From assembly GCF_036321535.1 (NCBI RefSeq), contig NC_087437.1, positions 41,108,001-41,172,000 on the forward strand: a DNA stretch of 64,000 nt, in the 5' to 3' direction. A program made the translations under genes and the position numbers. Position 1 is the stretch's first letter. Each line of letters starts with the position of its first letter. Source of the DNA: Camelus dromedarius. Its lineage: Eukaryota. Positions 14,330 through 27,823 of the stretch are shown here, piece by piece. The notes under the pieces are model-generated. The model worked only from the letters and a program-made list of their open reading frames with translations. It did not search any database and was not told where the DNA came from.

Positions 14330-15740
14330 GCTCTTTCTTCCAATCAAAGAACATGACAAGGTCTGTCCTCTCTCCCATTTCATTGAAACATCTCCCTTGA
14401 CCCTAATCTGCATTTACCACTCAGGCTTAACACTTCTCTTTTCTTAAAATTCTCCTTGCAAAGTTCTCCAGTTTATTCTTCAACACACTATGGTTCACTC
14501 CTCAAACGACTGCTTCCTGTACTTGACTTCCAGCACCTCGGGGACACGCCCCAAGTCATTTCTTTGCTGTAAGCGTCAGTGATTACTTTTTGTCTTTGCA
14601 GTGTGTGGTTCTTGCCTGTGTCTATTACTGATCACTCCACCCATTCTTCTCTACTCTTTTGGCTTTGAGACAACTTTCCTCTGGATTTCCTTTTACCCCT
14701 CCATTCCCTCTCTGTTTTCTTTAGAAGCTCCTCTTAAATGCTACTGGTCTTCAGAATCCTGCTTCAGGATAATCTTTCGACAGGCTCTTATCTAAGCCCA
14801 TTACAACCACCATCTTTTTGCTCTTAGGTTTCTCCAGCTCAACGTGCTCCAAACAGAAACCATCATCTCCTGAACTGATGCTTCCCCCTGTATCACTGAC
14901 CTCAGTTAGTGGCATTACAAGCCATCTAGCCATCCATGCTAGAAACTCCACAGTCCTTCTGGACTCCTTTCTCTCATTGAATCGGAGGATTCAATTTGGA
15001 TCCTGCCAAACTTATCGCCTAAACATGCCTCCAATATCTTCTATCCTTTTTGTGACTTGCTCTTCTGCTAATAATATTCCTTATAGATTGACTAAAAGGT
15101 AATAATCTATATTTCTAGGTCTGCTTCCTTTGTTACCTGAAATGTCCTCTTGATGGTCACCCCACCTCCGGTCCCGTCCCTCTCCTCGCCACTCCACACC
15201 ACACAGCTGCCAAAATGAGCTCTGAAACATACTTCTGACCGTCGCACTCTTCTGCTTTCTACTTTGAGCAGCTCCCCATTAAGCAAAGGATAAACGAAGT
15301 TCCTTCCTGTGGCTTACAGGCCCTCCATTATCTGCCTTGCCTGTCCCTCTAGCCTTACTTTTTTTCACCAATATTTTTTATTTCTAAGTCTAACAACATG
15401 TAACTTCTAGAAGTTTCCTAGACACATCGTGCCACCCAAACCCTTGGATGACTGTAGTCTATCTCCTCTTCCTAAAGGATTCTTTTACGTTTTCTGCCTC
15501 CCCCTGGGTAACTCATCCTTTAAAATGCAGTTCAGGTACCCCAGCCCCACCCCAGCGCCACTGGGATAGTTCAGGTGATCTTCACTCTGCTTCCACGTTA
15601 CCCTCTGCACATCTCTGCCAACGCGCTTGACGCATGTCCCTGCAATTTCAGGCCTTATTACTGTCGGTTTCTTCAGTGCCAAGCACTGTGCCTGCTAGCA
15701 TGCAGGCAGCATCCAGTAAATGTTTAATCAATCATTGAAG
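14330..15740 (+). mobile_element. L2 relic
   Basis: Pyrimidine-rich degenerate L2 body ending agcactgtgcctgctagcatgcaggcagcatccagtaaatgttt; boundaries approximate. Confidence 0.65.
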
Positions 15741-16009
15741 GTCTTGGGCCAAAGTCTTTGTTTAATGGCTCTAGTAAGATTTCATTCAAGTTTATTGTCA
15801 AAATATAGCTCTTCTACGAATTGATGAGCAATCATTTAAGAGGATAATTATTAGCATATTTAAAATGTCCTGAATAACTAATGTTGAGTTTCACCTTTTT
15901 AAAATTTAAAAAGTGACTCTGGCATTGAGTTCTCTTTTCTGTATAGAATGTGCCAAAACAATGTTGTTATAATAGGATAACAACAAAAAAATCTGTTCAC
16001 ATATGTCAT

Positions 16010-17652
16010 AGAATTTTATAGTACAAAGAGTGACCCTTAAAGTATGCAAATTAAACAAAATCATTTAGGAGCTTAGAAGATCCCAGGAAAGAATGTAGAC
16101 TGTGACAAGAGAATCTAACTGTATTACAAATGTATTAAAAACGTATTTCCATGAGCGGGGTGGGGCACAAGATGTTGACCTAAGTAACTGTGGAAACAAA
16201 TGGAGTCTATACAATTAAAGGCAAAAGAAACTGCACATAAGCACTATACTCTGGTTGATAAAGTTTTTTTCCCACGGGGGTACAGATTAACCATTGTGAT
16301 ACTGCTATTTGTATACACTGGAAGTAGACAATTAAGTAAATGGTTGGTAGATTGAGAGAGCCAGGTTTCTTACTGTTGGGCTGAGGATTTACAGACAAGG
16401 AAGGGAAGGGTGCTAGAATGATCTGCGTGGTAATACATCAGCTGAGGAAATCTGGCTGAACTCATCTTTAGCTTACTATAGACACAGATGGCTACATACA
16501 GAAATGTTTATAAATATGTGTGCATACATGGGTTAATATACACACATATATCTCCTTGTTCTGTCAGCTGAGACGGCCTTAAAGAAATTCAATTCCAGTA
16601 GCAATGAGCATACCTAGTGCCCAAATCTTCTAATATTATTGTTTAATAACAAGGAATCAGGACTCCTTGGAGACATTGTTGATTCCAGGACTGGAGTGGG
16701 AAATACACAGGATGAACCTGCAGCATCTGATAGTGTCAGAAAGTGAGGAAGAGCTTGATGGAGGATGTCAGTCAAAGGGACACAAGAGCTTCCAACAGTT
16801 AAAGCTGGGACAACTTGAGCCACAAAATAAAGTATTCGGTTGTTATCCAAAGTTCTAAATAAATACCCATGAATCTACACTGATATAAATAAAAGTGTGA
16901 ATAAATTAATAAATGCAGGAGAAGAGACAAGTCTCCCGTACAGAAGAATTCCACATAAATTATGTAGCTACTCTGCCCCAAGAAGGGTGAACACAACTCC
17001 CCACTCCTTAAGTGGGAGCTGTGCACAGCGGCTTCTTTCCAAAGAGCACATATGGAAAAGGGGGTTGGGGGGTAGTTACTTCACAGCAGAGAAACCACTA
17101 CTTCAGCCAGATGCTCAAAGTCAATGTCAACAGTCGTAAGTCATGTTGATAGTATATACCATTGATACAATGTGATAAAAATGACATGCAAACTCTGTGA
17201 CCTTCCTCCCCCAAACAGTAGCCCTAGTCTAATCATGAGACTAACATCAGATACATTCCACTAGAGGGGTATTCTATAGTATACCTAATCAGGACTCTTT
17301 AAAACTGCCAACTTGATCAAAAACAAGGGAAGTCTGAGAAACCCACAGCCAAGAGGAGTCTAAGGAGACATGACAATGAAATAACTAAAAGTAATGTGGT
17401 ATCCTGAACGGGATCTGGAACAGAAAAAGGACATTAGGTAAAAACTAAGGAAATCTGAATAAACTTTGGACTTCAGTAAGGTGTATCGATATTGGTTCAT
17501 TAGTTATAACATATGTACATACTAATGTACAGTGTTAATAACAGGGAAAACTGTGTGCAGCGGTGGGGTGAGGTGGGGGAGTAACATGGGAACTCTCTGT
17601 ACTATCTGCACAATTTTTCAGTAAATCGAAAACTGTTCCAAAAAGTAAAGTT
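16010..17652 (+). mobile_element. Ancient L1 3' region (L1MC-like)
   Basis: Resembles L1MC 3'UTR motifs (ctggagtgggaaatacacaggatgaacctg; atgggaactctctgtactatctgcacaatttt...aaaactgttc); boundaries approximate. Confidence 0.7.
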
Positions 17653-19439
17653 TAGGCAGTTACTCACCTGAGTCTGCCCACTCTCTCCTTGAGAGTGTAC
17701 TATTATTTAATAAATCCTCACTTTAAGTTCTTGAAAAAAAATTTTAAAAATAAAAAATAAAGTTGATTAATAATGAAAGAATTTAAAGGGCAATGATTTA
17801 AAGACAATAAAGCTAAAAACACTTTAACATTTTATAGGTAAAATAATCCTTTGTTCTAAAAATTATTTTTTGGCTATAGAGTCTGGGTAGGAAAATTAAT
17901 TGTTTGAAGTTTTATAAAGGCTGTAAAAATAAATCACATCAACTAATTAGAAGGAAAACTACAGAAAATTTACTGTAATTAGTCCACATGTTTAGAACAA
18001 TAATTTCCTCTAATTGGATTTGTCAAAAAGTATTCCTGCAGGTATTGATTTAATTCAATTCAATACACATTTATTGAACACCTGCCACGTGAAAGGCCCT
18101 TGATTTGGCACTGGGTAGCAGATATAACAGCTGAAGAAGACACAGTTCCTGAAACTAAAGAGGTTAGCATCTGGAAGAGCATAAAAGCATAACAGAAATA
18201 CTCAAATCCAAGGTAGGATGTAAGAATGTGGGACAGAGGGAGAGGTCACTCCAAGAAAAGGCACAAAATTGGAAAAGTGCAAGGCATTTGTAAAGAATGA
18301 TGAGTGGGTCAGTTTGGCTGGAGCACATGCTGGGGTCCTCGTGGGCCCCAGGAATGAAAAGAGTTGTAGGGCACAAGGGATACAGCACGGCCAGAGCCCG
18401 CACCGTGGACAGGACCGCAGAGAGGACTGCGGGCAAGGGGAGTGTGACAACGGCCCAGGTGGGTAACAGGGTCAGAACCATGGCTTTCATCGCCCAGACT
18501 GCATTTTACGAGACTGTACAAAATTCAGTGACAATGATAGCAAAAGATGGTCCTAATGATCAAAACTGTGCCTCACACGTACTGCCCTGAAGCATACTTG
18601 AGGGAAGATACTGATACAAAAGGCTGCCTCTCCGGCTTGCTTGGTCTGAAGCAAATCAGCTTAAGTGCCTTTCATTCCCTCCTATTCTATATAAAGCATT
18701 TATTTTTCCTGATTGTAAAAATAGTGCATGCTCATCAAAAAATTGGGGCTATACATAAAATAAAAATCCCTTATAGCTGTGTAATTCAGAGGCAACCACT
18801 ACTGTAATTTTCCTTCACTCATTATTTTTCTATGCAGAAGGCATCAGGAAGTCAGTGCAGTTGGTTAGTGATAGAATACAGTCTTAGTTACGTGCACTCT
18901 CATAGATTATACTTTATACTACAAAGATGAAGCCAGCACTGTACGCAGCAGAGGTTGTTGTTTTGCACATCAGGATCTACAGCTGTTTGTCTGAACGACT
19001 GGGCTCCATTTCTGAAAAGCTCTTTTGTATACACTTCACGGTAGTGAACTGTGTTGCAGTATATTTGTATTTTTTTCTCCAAAAATATATAGCACAAAAA
19101 GCAAAGGTTTATTTTCACAGTAGAAAATACAAGTGGTAAAAATGTCTGTAAGAAGCAGCCTAACTCAGAAATATCCTATTCCTAAAGAAACAATTCTTAG
19201 GTATATAACTACCATGCTGTAGCAGAAAAGAATGTATATATTTTATATTCACAAAAATGCATAATTTACCAAGTTGGAATAAACATATGCACACACATTT
19301 GTATCCTGTTTTTTCACTGAGTATGTTTCATATATAATTAAATATTTCAAGTGCTTTTTAATGGATAATCATGTCAACCTGTCTAAAATTTGAGAATTTT
19401 TTAAGAGCCACGTCAAGTTTTGCCTCTACTTTAAGAATT

Positions 19440-20280
19440 CAGTGTAGCCCATTTATTATTTCTCAGGATTACAGCAACAGCTCCTTTGAATTCCTTTACC
19501 AGTATCTAGTCTGTTCTTCCAAATCGTCTTGCTGAAATGATTTCTTTCAGACATAGCACTGATCATGTCACTCCGTAACTCGAGACCTTCAGTGGTTCCC
19601 CAGTGGCTGCGTGATAAATGCACTTCTTGGTCTAGTTTCAAGACTGACTTCCCCCCTCACAGCCCCTACATCCCCATCCCCACCAAACTTAACCTTCCAT
19701 GCATTTCCTTCCACTCTACCCGCCTGGGAGTCTAACATGACTCCGTGTTCCTTTCTACCCTGATGACAGTTACTCGTGTCCATGTCTTTCCCTGGATTAG
19801 GCTATAAACTCCTTGAAGCCAGGATTTGCAATTTCAGTTCAGTGCAGCTAAATGTAAATCAGAGTCACTGAAGATCAACTGTATACCAGACAACATGCAA
19901 AGTGTTAAGAGTAGAGAGAATAAGGCACAATCCTCAACCCCAAGGATCTCACAGCCCAGAGAGGGAGACAACTTGTAATAAATAACCAGATTCAAGGCAC
20001 TCCTGGAAATGGTGGGAATACACAGGAGATTCAGTGCAGCATGGAAGGTGGGGGGGCGTCTATCTGTGCAGGCTGGGCTGTGAGGAGGTGATTTCTAAAG
20101 GGACAGGCGAGTGCCAGACAGCAGAGTGCCAGACAGCAGAAAGGAAGCACAGCATGGTATATTTAGGCAATTTTAGGAAGGTGGGTGTTTCTGTACTGGA
20201 GGAAGAGAGGACTTGCCTTTAGAGATACAAGGATGAATATCACTAAGAGCCTTGCAAAACATGACAGGAGGCTTAAAAAT
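19440..20280. mobile_element. Adjacent L2 fragments in opposite orientations
   Basis: catagcactgatcatgtcactcc...ggctataaactccttgaagccagg (+) followed by an antisense L2-like segment. Confidence 0.5.
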
Positions 20281-21903
20281 CAAATGCACATCTCTTCCAA
20301 GGTCGTCTTTGGCTATTCTTCCAACTATTTATATTACTCTGAAATTTTCCATATATAATTTTGTCTCTCTCCAACTAGAATGTAAACTTTTGGAAGGTGG
20401 AATTCATGTACACACTTCTTGAATGGCTCAAAGCCCTCAGTATGGGGTCTAAAACACAGTGCAAGTCTTACCAATCTTTTGAATTCATAATCCACCCTCA
20501 TCCTCATAGTTGTATGTTCAGTGCTTAAAGGGAATTTAAAACATCTGTTAGAAGAATTAACCAATGTTGAGTCATGACAAAAACTGAAAGGACCAGTATA
20601 TTCTGCAGGAATGTTCTGGATTAGTGATTTTGCCTCTAGAACAATTTTATTTGCTATTAAAAAAAAGCAACTTAATGCATTTTGTTTCAAAATGTCATAT
20701 TTTAGCATATTTATGGTTGTCAATATCTGGGTAATCAGCAATAAAATAACAAGTATATGGATTTTCAGTTATGATAATTGGATTTGCCTCTCAGAATTGC
20801 TTGTCTGAGCGATTGTTAATCAATGGATGACATTTCCTGCAGACTGGCCGGTCCTGTCTTTCCAATCTCTGCTGGACAAAACAGTAATCTGTGGCCTGAA
20901 ATGGCACCTTCTCTACAGGGAGTAAATGTGGTGTAATGACCGACAGTAGTAGCTGAACCAAAGAAATGGAAGTGAAGGAGGAGTGAAGCTAGAAAAGTTA
21001 GCATCACTTGTTATCCAAGTGAGAGCAAACCAGGGCAAGGGAACCTTATGTTTATTTAGGGGAGGAAATAAGAGATGCATATGAGTGTGATTGTATGAGT
21101 ATGTTTGAATTGGGGAAGCAATAGGGGAAGAGGAGAGGTTCTTTTATAGGATCCAGATGATGAGAAGAAGAAAAAGTGAGACTCCTCATTTTTTTTTTTA
21201 AAAAAGAGATGACATAAAGGCTGCAGATACGAAGGGAAAGACAGGTAGCTATAAATACAGGTATAAATACCTAAAAAAAGAAGACTGCAAAGAGACAGAT
21301 GGGATGTCTGTGGTGAAGTCACAGGCCGCAGCAAAAAGGATCACATGAAAGGGAGAATGGAGACGATGAAGTAGAAAATCTTAATAGGGACGTATTTAAG
21401 TCAAACACTCAGAAGTTTCTCTGCAGGTTTGTTCAACTCCTGATTCTTCTGCTGGGATGCTAACCCACGCTGCCTCGGGCATTCCTCCTGAGTGGCGGTG
21501 GGGATGGTGAGCTAGAGGTCTCACGCTGTCCACTTTAACCCCTAAGTGCCACTGCCTGTGATCTCACTCTTTCAGTTCTGGGGGGACAGGCATGTGACAA
21601 CAGTGTGGCTGTCACTATCCATCTGCCCTGGGATGACAAGAATCAAGAAATTGTCACCAGCAGGACAGTCAACCCAGCAACAGTCTAGATAAAGCACATG
21701 CGGTTGTAGAAATGCTACCTGTTCTAAGTGACTGTGTCCAGGGAGGGAGCTGGCTATAGATGCTGTAATAAAAACACGAATCCCCAAAGTCAACCGATCC
21801 TGCCAGAGACACATACACCATCTATGTTTAGTTCACACCTCCTGTCCTTTCGTTTTGGAGACCTAGCCCCTCCTGGCCCCAAAGTAGAAAGCCAGCCTCT
21901 TAC

Positions 21904-22088
21904 ATCAGCCGGGGTATGTCGCTGACAGCCACCGTCCCGTCCTGGGCCTCGCTCTCCCCATCTTCCTCCTCTTCGTCGCTACTTTCCGACTCCTCACTTG
22001 AGGAGGAGTAATCCGTCACCTTCTTCAGCGGGCGGTTGGTTTCTTCAATCCGAAGTTCTCTTAATTCTTTGGCTAATGCCGTCAGATC
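21904..22088 (-). CDS. TNIK: TNIK exon ~22 (185 nt, phase 0/2): DLTALAKELRELRIEETNRPLKKVTDYSSSSEESESSDEEEEDGESEAQDGTVAVSDIPRL(I)
   Basis: Acceptor ttgtag|GAT, donor AT|gtaaga; conserved KKVTDYSSSSEES motif of the MAP4K4/MINK1/TNIK family. Confidence 0.97.
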
Positions 22089-25000
22089 CTACAAGAGAGA
22101 AGTTTGCCCAGCAGATATGAAGCGTAGATACAACCAAACCAGCATCTCTCAGCAAGTCAGTGCTCCAGCTTAAGCAACAAGAAGGAAAAGCTCTATATAG
22201 AACTGTTACAGACAGAGTTACTGCATGAAACCAAGAAAATGATGTTTGTAGCACGGAGAAACTAGAAAAGAAAGATGAAATAAATTAAAACGTTGTTCAA
22301 AACCAGTTGCTAGACTGAGACTGTTCAGTTCTGAATCTGCACGTGTATATATGTGTATGTGCATTGTGTGTGTACACATATATACAAACATTGCCTTCTC
22401 GTTTTATTTTGGGAAGGTGAAGTTGGTCACCAACCCTCTGAGTTAATGGGAAAATACACAGGATTAGAAATTGTTCCCCAGTATTTTGGGACTCCTGCCC
22501 AAGCCACAGGCATGGCCTTTCCCCTCTTGTGATTGCCCCATACCAAATTCTAGCATCAGTCACAGAACGGAGCAACTCCCAAGGTTCCAGCTACCACAAT
22601 GACTCACTTGGTGTGTCATCATTCCCTGGAGAGCAGAGGCACCACATCAAATAATGGCCCACCCCAAAGCCCAGTGCCACTGGAATTTATAGCCACAGAG
22701 CTGAGTTAATCAAGAGGAACAACAACAAATTAAAACAAACAAAAAAGACAATAAAACGAACAAACAAAAAAAGAGTTCTCTTCCAGAATGATAGGTGTTT
22801 TGTTTTCTTTTGTTTCAGACCGCAGTCACCTGGCAGAAACCCTGGCGAAGAATACTGAAATGAATGTGCAAACACCGAAAGGAAGAGGTCAATTTTCCGT
22901 TTTCCATGAGTATGATGAAACCTTTAGCCTATGGATGTGATGACGTGGTATTTAATCACCAGGCACATGGCAGGCAGTGTGCTCAGGATCTGACTACCTT
23001 CGATTTCACATGCTTTCAGAGCAATGCAGAGGGAAGCAGTTCTGCAAAAGCATGGCAGCTCTAATTTGCATGGGTTAAACTGCCCTTGGCACACAGCATG
23101 CAAATGGAGAAAAAGCAATTCGATGTCAGTCTTACCATTTCTCCCTATATTAGTGACCCATGTGGGAATCAGAGCATTCAGTGAGAGACAGGGGATTAGG
23201 GAGAAAGAAACTCATTTGAAGATACTAAATCTCACAGTTTTCTTATGGCCATATTCTCTCTTTATTTCAACGCAGAAATATATTTGTCCAATTCACCTGA
23301 TGTGAGGTTAGAGCAATCTAGCTGATCTAAACGACACTTGACAATCTGTCCTGCTTGGTTAGAAGAAAAATGGTGATCAATGTGTGTGACTAAACTACAA
23401 CTATAATTTTATCTTGAGGACACAACAGATCATCTTGTTTCTTTACTGTTGTCTATGTCAGGCACTGCTAGGCTGGTTAAAGCTAGGGACAGGAAATGCT
23501 TCAGGTGTTTTGTTTGGTCTAGAAATTTAGGAAGTTCAAAGTGTTAAGTGAAGGAGTCATTTCTTTCTAATTTCATACAAATCAAAGGGAAAGCAATTAT
23601 GACGTTCAAATTGGTTCTGTAGTCATGTGAATGGAAGCCCCTGGAAAAGGGAAACTTCTGAAAATTCAGATTGTGCATTTTCCACCCAAACACGCTTGCT
23701 GGGCTCTCACACTCATGCACACACGCGTGGCCTCAACCTCGGTGGGTATATTCATCCCATCTCTGGAAATGAAAATAGAACTGTATTTAAAAGATTCAGA
23801 GAAGATTAAATATAATGATACCTTTCAAAGGGGGGGAAGTTACCACAGAGAACTTTATGCAAATTTATTTCTAGTCTCTTTGGCAATGGGCTAAAACAAG
23901 AAAAGCTAACATTCAGATTTCAGCTTTTTACTTCTTCTTTCCTCTTGACAAATACCAGTGTTTATCTTTACCAAATTGAGGAGAAAATGAAAGGTCTGTT
24001 ATACTTGAACACACTGGGAAAACACAGTTTAGACATTTGTTAAGGCAATGAACATAAAAGGCCTTTATAATCCTCCAAACCAATAAAATAATGAAAAGTT
24101 AGATAAATTTATTTTGTATTTTTCCTTCCTATGTTAGGACCATGTTATGTCTTATCAAAGAATATGATTAGCATTTAAAATGTAACTTGTCATTAATAAT
24201 GCATTTTATTATAATTTAAAGAGAGAATATGGTTTAAACGAGTTTATTTCCAATGTCAATAATTCTGAGTAAAATATAATATTAGCTATGATTTATTTAA
24301 ATTAATAATACATTTTCCCCATGGATTGGTTTTCCTTATCTCTGACATTTCAAAACAAGACAAAGAAGATTTAAAAAAAATCAGAACTATTTAGAAATAT
24401 TTAGCTGGTCCAAAGCCCATTGATTTAAAGAAAATCTCACTTGTTAAAATGACCTAATTTTCCCCAAACACTGTATTTATGAATACTTTAAAGCTTTGAC
24501 TTGCTTTATAATTTCACTTTTAATTAGAAAGTTTTTTTTTATTTGTTTCTGTGTTATTAAAAAGGTTTCCTTCCTCAAACTTTAGAAATAATTGCAAATT
24601 CCTTTTAAGTTTAATTGGTAACAGCCTGGAAGGTGAGACATATATGAAAATCCCAAGGTAACAGTAACTCCAAACTAACCCCAGCCAAAGAAAATAAATC
24701 TTCCTTTGCCAATAGTCTGTGTGTTTAGCTGAAGTTTGTTACTTATCCATCCACTCCGGAAAAACTTACAATAGCAAAGTTATAGAAAACAGACACAATC
24801 TAAAACTGACACCATTGGGTTCAGATCCATTTTCATACATTGTTTTCTGACAATACCAATTTTCTCCATATAATGAGTTTTTACAATAATTTATTGCTTG
24901 GCTGTCTCAAGCCTGGAGCTAAAAAGCATTAAAAAAATCACTATTTACCATGAGAATATTTGAGAATGTATAACTGAAAAAGAAATACGGCAAAAGGGTA

Positions 25001-25802
25001 AGATTTTTTTGACTACATAGTAAATGTGAAGGTGGTGAAGGGGCTCTTACCCAAACGTTTCTTTGATGTAGCACTTTTTATAATCAACTTGACATAATTT
25101 TTCTTTCAGTAAAGCTTGTTTAATCTGACAGTTAGGCATACTTTTATTTTAAGAAGTACTCTTTTAGGTATCTTTTAAAAAACAATATAGTTTATTCAAA
25201 TTTTACTTCAATTTTTTAAACTATTAAAATAATAGTTAAAAAATTTTAAGTTGGTCTTTTCTTTACATATTAAAGTAATTTATTTCCTTTTTAGGAAATC
25301 TAAAGATATGACAGGGAGAAGTCACTTGATGTCATTATCTTCAACCGTAATGAAAAGGGTCTGGACCACTAAGTTATCATTCCAGTTCCGTCCAGTCTAT
25401 GGATATGTGCTGGAATTTGTCAGATTCCTACACACCAATGATAAAATGGTGATAAAGCCAGTGTTTGCTTATATATCTAATCTTCATGACATCTATTTCA
25501 TTATGCTAAAGTAAAAAGAAAATTTATTTTGGAAGGCTGTATGAAACAACCACAGACTGCGCTGCACAACCTCACAGTCCATTAGGCAGGACTGCCAGAT
25601 GAATGCACACTCCCCCAGACTGACTTCTACCAAAAATCAAACCATTAAATTAGCAATAGCAAGCAACAGGGTTTTGGGTTTTTTTTTTTTTAAGCATTTT
25701 AAGACTTTTCATTTCAATCTCGGGTTATCCAAATGGCATATCACTCACTGGAGAGGAAAGCCATATCAAAACCTAGGAATGGAGACGGGAGAAAGATTTA
25801 GG

Positions 25803-26041
25803 TCAAGGTTTTCCGACTGTGGCACTCTTGACATTTGCGGCCGGATAATCCTCCAGCGTAGGTTGCCTTCCTGGGCATTGTAGGATGTTTAGCCGCATCT
25901 CTCTGCTCTATGCACAAGATGCCAGTAGACTGCCTCCCACCTCCAAGCTGTGACAACCCAAACTGACTCCAGACTTTGCCAAATGTCCCCTTAGGGGAGG
26001 TGAGGGGTGGCAGGATAATCATCCCTGGTGGAGGACCACTG
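25803..26041. mobile_element. MER20-like hAT-Charlie MITE
   Basis: ggcactcttgacattt...gtaggatgtttagc...agatgccagtag...tgtgacaacc...tccagactttgccaaatgtcccc...gaccactg. Confidence 0.85.
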
Positions 26042-26764
26042 CATTAGGTAGAACCAAGGAATCTTGTATTTTCAGTGGTTCAGACCAGTGATACTCAAGG
26101 GGTAGGGTTATAAGAACCAGCTGGAGGGCTTTCTCCCATCATACATGGCTCCAGAGATGTTGGTGCACAGCTTGCACTCCCTCAGTTGCTTGTACCTCTG
26201 GGCTCTATCCAGTGTGCAGGAGTATTCCAAAATAAATAAATAAGGCAATTTTTAAGAGCCTTTTTATCCTGGGTTAACCAGATGAAATCCATGAGAGCCT
26301 ATTCCCTCATGATAGCCACCTCCAAGCTAATTTCTGGACTCATGAGATCTCCTGTGAGTTGTGCACACACACAACCATTTTATCGGCAACCTTAGTACCA
26401 GAAGTGTTTGGAAGAAAACTGATAAAAGTTGTGATAATCCCTGTCCTTCTCACTATTATGAGGAGAAGGGGCAAGGCTGTAGCACAGAGCAATTAAAAAC
26501 ATTTCCCTTTGTTCTTTCTATAAACGCCATCCACACACTGCAGATATGGAGAGTCTCATTCTTTTAGGAGCAATAATCCTTTAACTATGATAATAACCTT
26601 CTAAATCACTCTGAAGAGTGAGGCAATCATAATTCTAAAAAAGTGAGGCTTTTTGTAAGGATCACACACAGAAACATGCTTCTCCCACTTGCCGAAAGAG
26701 CGTCGTGCCCCAGGCCCTGGCTTCATGCAGCACTTCACACGTCAGAAAATGCTGTTGCACACAT

Positions 26765-26935
26765 GACCTTGAGTGATCCTACACAACCTGGTGAGCGAGG
26801 CAAGGCAGGTGTTTTTATCCCTGTTTCATACAGGAGGAAACTGAGGCCCAGAGAGGTTGTGGGACCGGTCACACCAGTGATTTAGTGGGGGAGCCAGAAT
26901 CTGAAAGCAGCCTGTTGACCCCAAAGCCAGCGCTT
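26765..26935 (-). mobile_element. MIR
   Basis: tttcatacaggaggaaactgaggcccagagaggtt...ggtcacac. Confidence 0.8.
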
Positions 26936-27181
26936 TTTCTGTATCATTTCACACAAATGGCGCTCAGCAGAGCTACAGCCTAAAAGCCATAATGGTAAGT
27001 CTTCAGATTCCATGCAGTTAGGACTCTTTGCAGAAGGCCTGTCTCTTCGAAAACAACCCCACTATGCTGTATTCATGCAGGTCTGACAAGGAGCAGTAAG
27101 GCAGTCATCCTTCTTAGCAAGCTGCCTAAGATCGGCAAAGCCATATATTGTTCTAATGGAAAAATGTCTCCGCAGATAAGG

Positions 27182-27279
27182 AAATAGAGTTACTTAACTT
27201 GCTAGGATGCATTAACTATAAAGTCGATGTTGCTGCTGCTGCTGTAGTTAATGTCCCACAAAATTAATCTAACAATACT
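27182..27279 (-). ncRNA. MIR569: Intronic hairpin orthologous to primate pre-miR-569
   Basis: Minus strand GUAUUGUUAGAUUAAUUUUGUGGGACAUUAAC...AGUUAAUGCAUCCUAGCAAGUUAAG closely resembles my recollection of human mir-569, which lies in this TNIK intron; perfect 9-bp inverted repeat at 27210-27218/27245-27253. Processing into a miRNA is not shown. Confidence 0.55.
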
Positions 27280-27704
27280 CGGTAACTCCTTGTTCACAAA
27301 TCACACACTATAAATTTGGACTGCCCTAGAATGATGTCTCTTTGTGAGTAAAACCGCCATCCTGTAGCAAGGCTGGCGAGTGCAGGTTAAGATCTCAGGC
27401 TTTGCTACTGAAGATGCTAGAAGGAGAAACCGTGCCAATAACAAAGCACCGAGGCTTAGCTTTAGCCAGGCTGTAACATTGGAAAAGTGACATTTTGGCT
27501 TAGAAAGACGGTCTCTGGAGCTTTAGGCGGGTGTCTGAGGGTCTCAGGCTGGCTTCTGCTGAAGGGGCTCTCCTCCCAGCAGATCACCCAAAGGAATGAG
27601 CTTAGTCTGTGATCCAGTTGGCCACCATTCTGAATATCAACACCAGGAAGTCAGTTTTATATTTACATCTTGTGAAAGCATGACCGAGTAAAGGTAATAC
27701 TAAC

Positions 27705-27728
27705 CTCATCTATAGCTTTCTTATAGCT
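27705..27728 (-). CDS. TNIK: TNIK 24-nt cassette microexon ~21: SYKKAIDE
   Basis: Acceptor tctcag|AGC, donor GAG|gttagt; the known 8-aa alternative segment. Confidence 0.95.
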
Positions 27729-27795
27729 CTGAGATAAGAGGAACCCAATCCAGAAGAGTCCACAGGAGAGGGAGACGCCAGAAGAAAGGCAGCAG

Positions 27796-27823
27796 GTTAG
27801 ACACAAAATGGGAATTGTTAGTA
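27796..27823 (-). promoter_or_regulatory. Branch-point/QKI-type elements upstream of the microexon
   Basis: Minus-strand TACTAAC (27817-27823) and CTAAC (27796-27800), the latter followed by CTGCTGCC and a pyrimidine tract. Confidence 0.55.
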
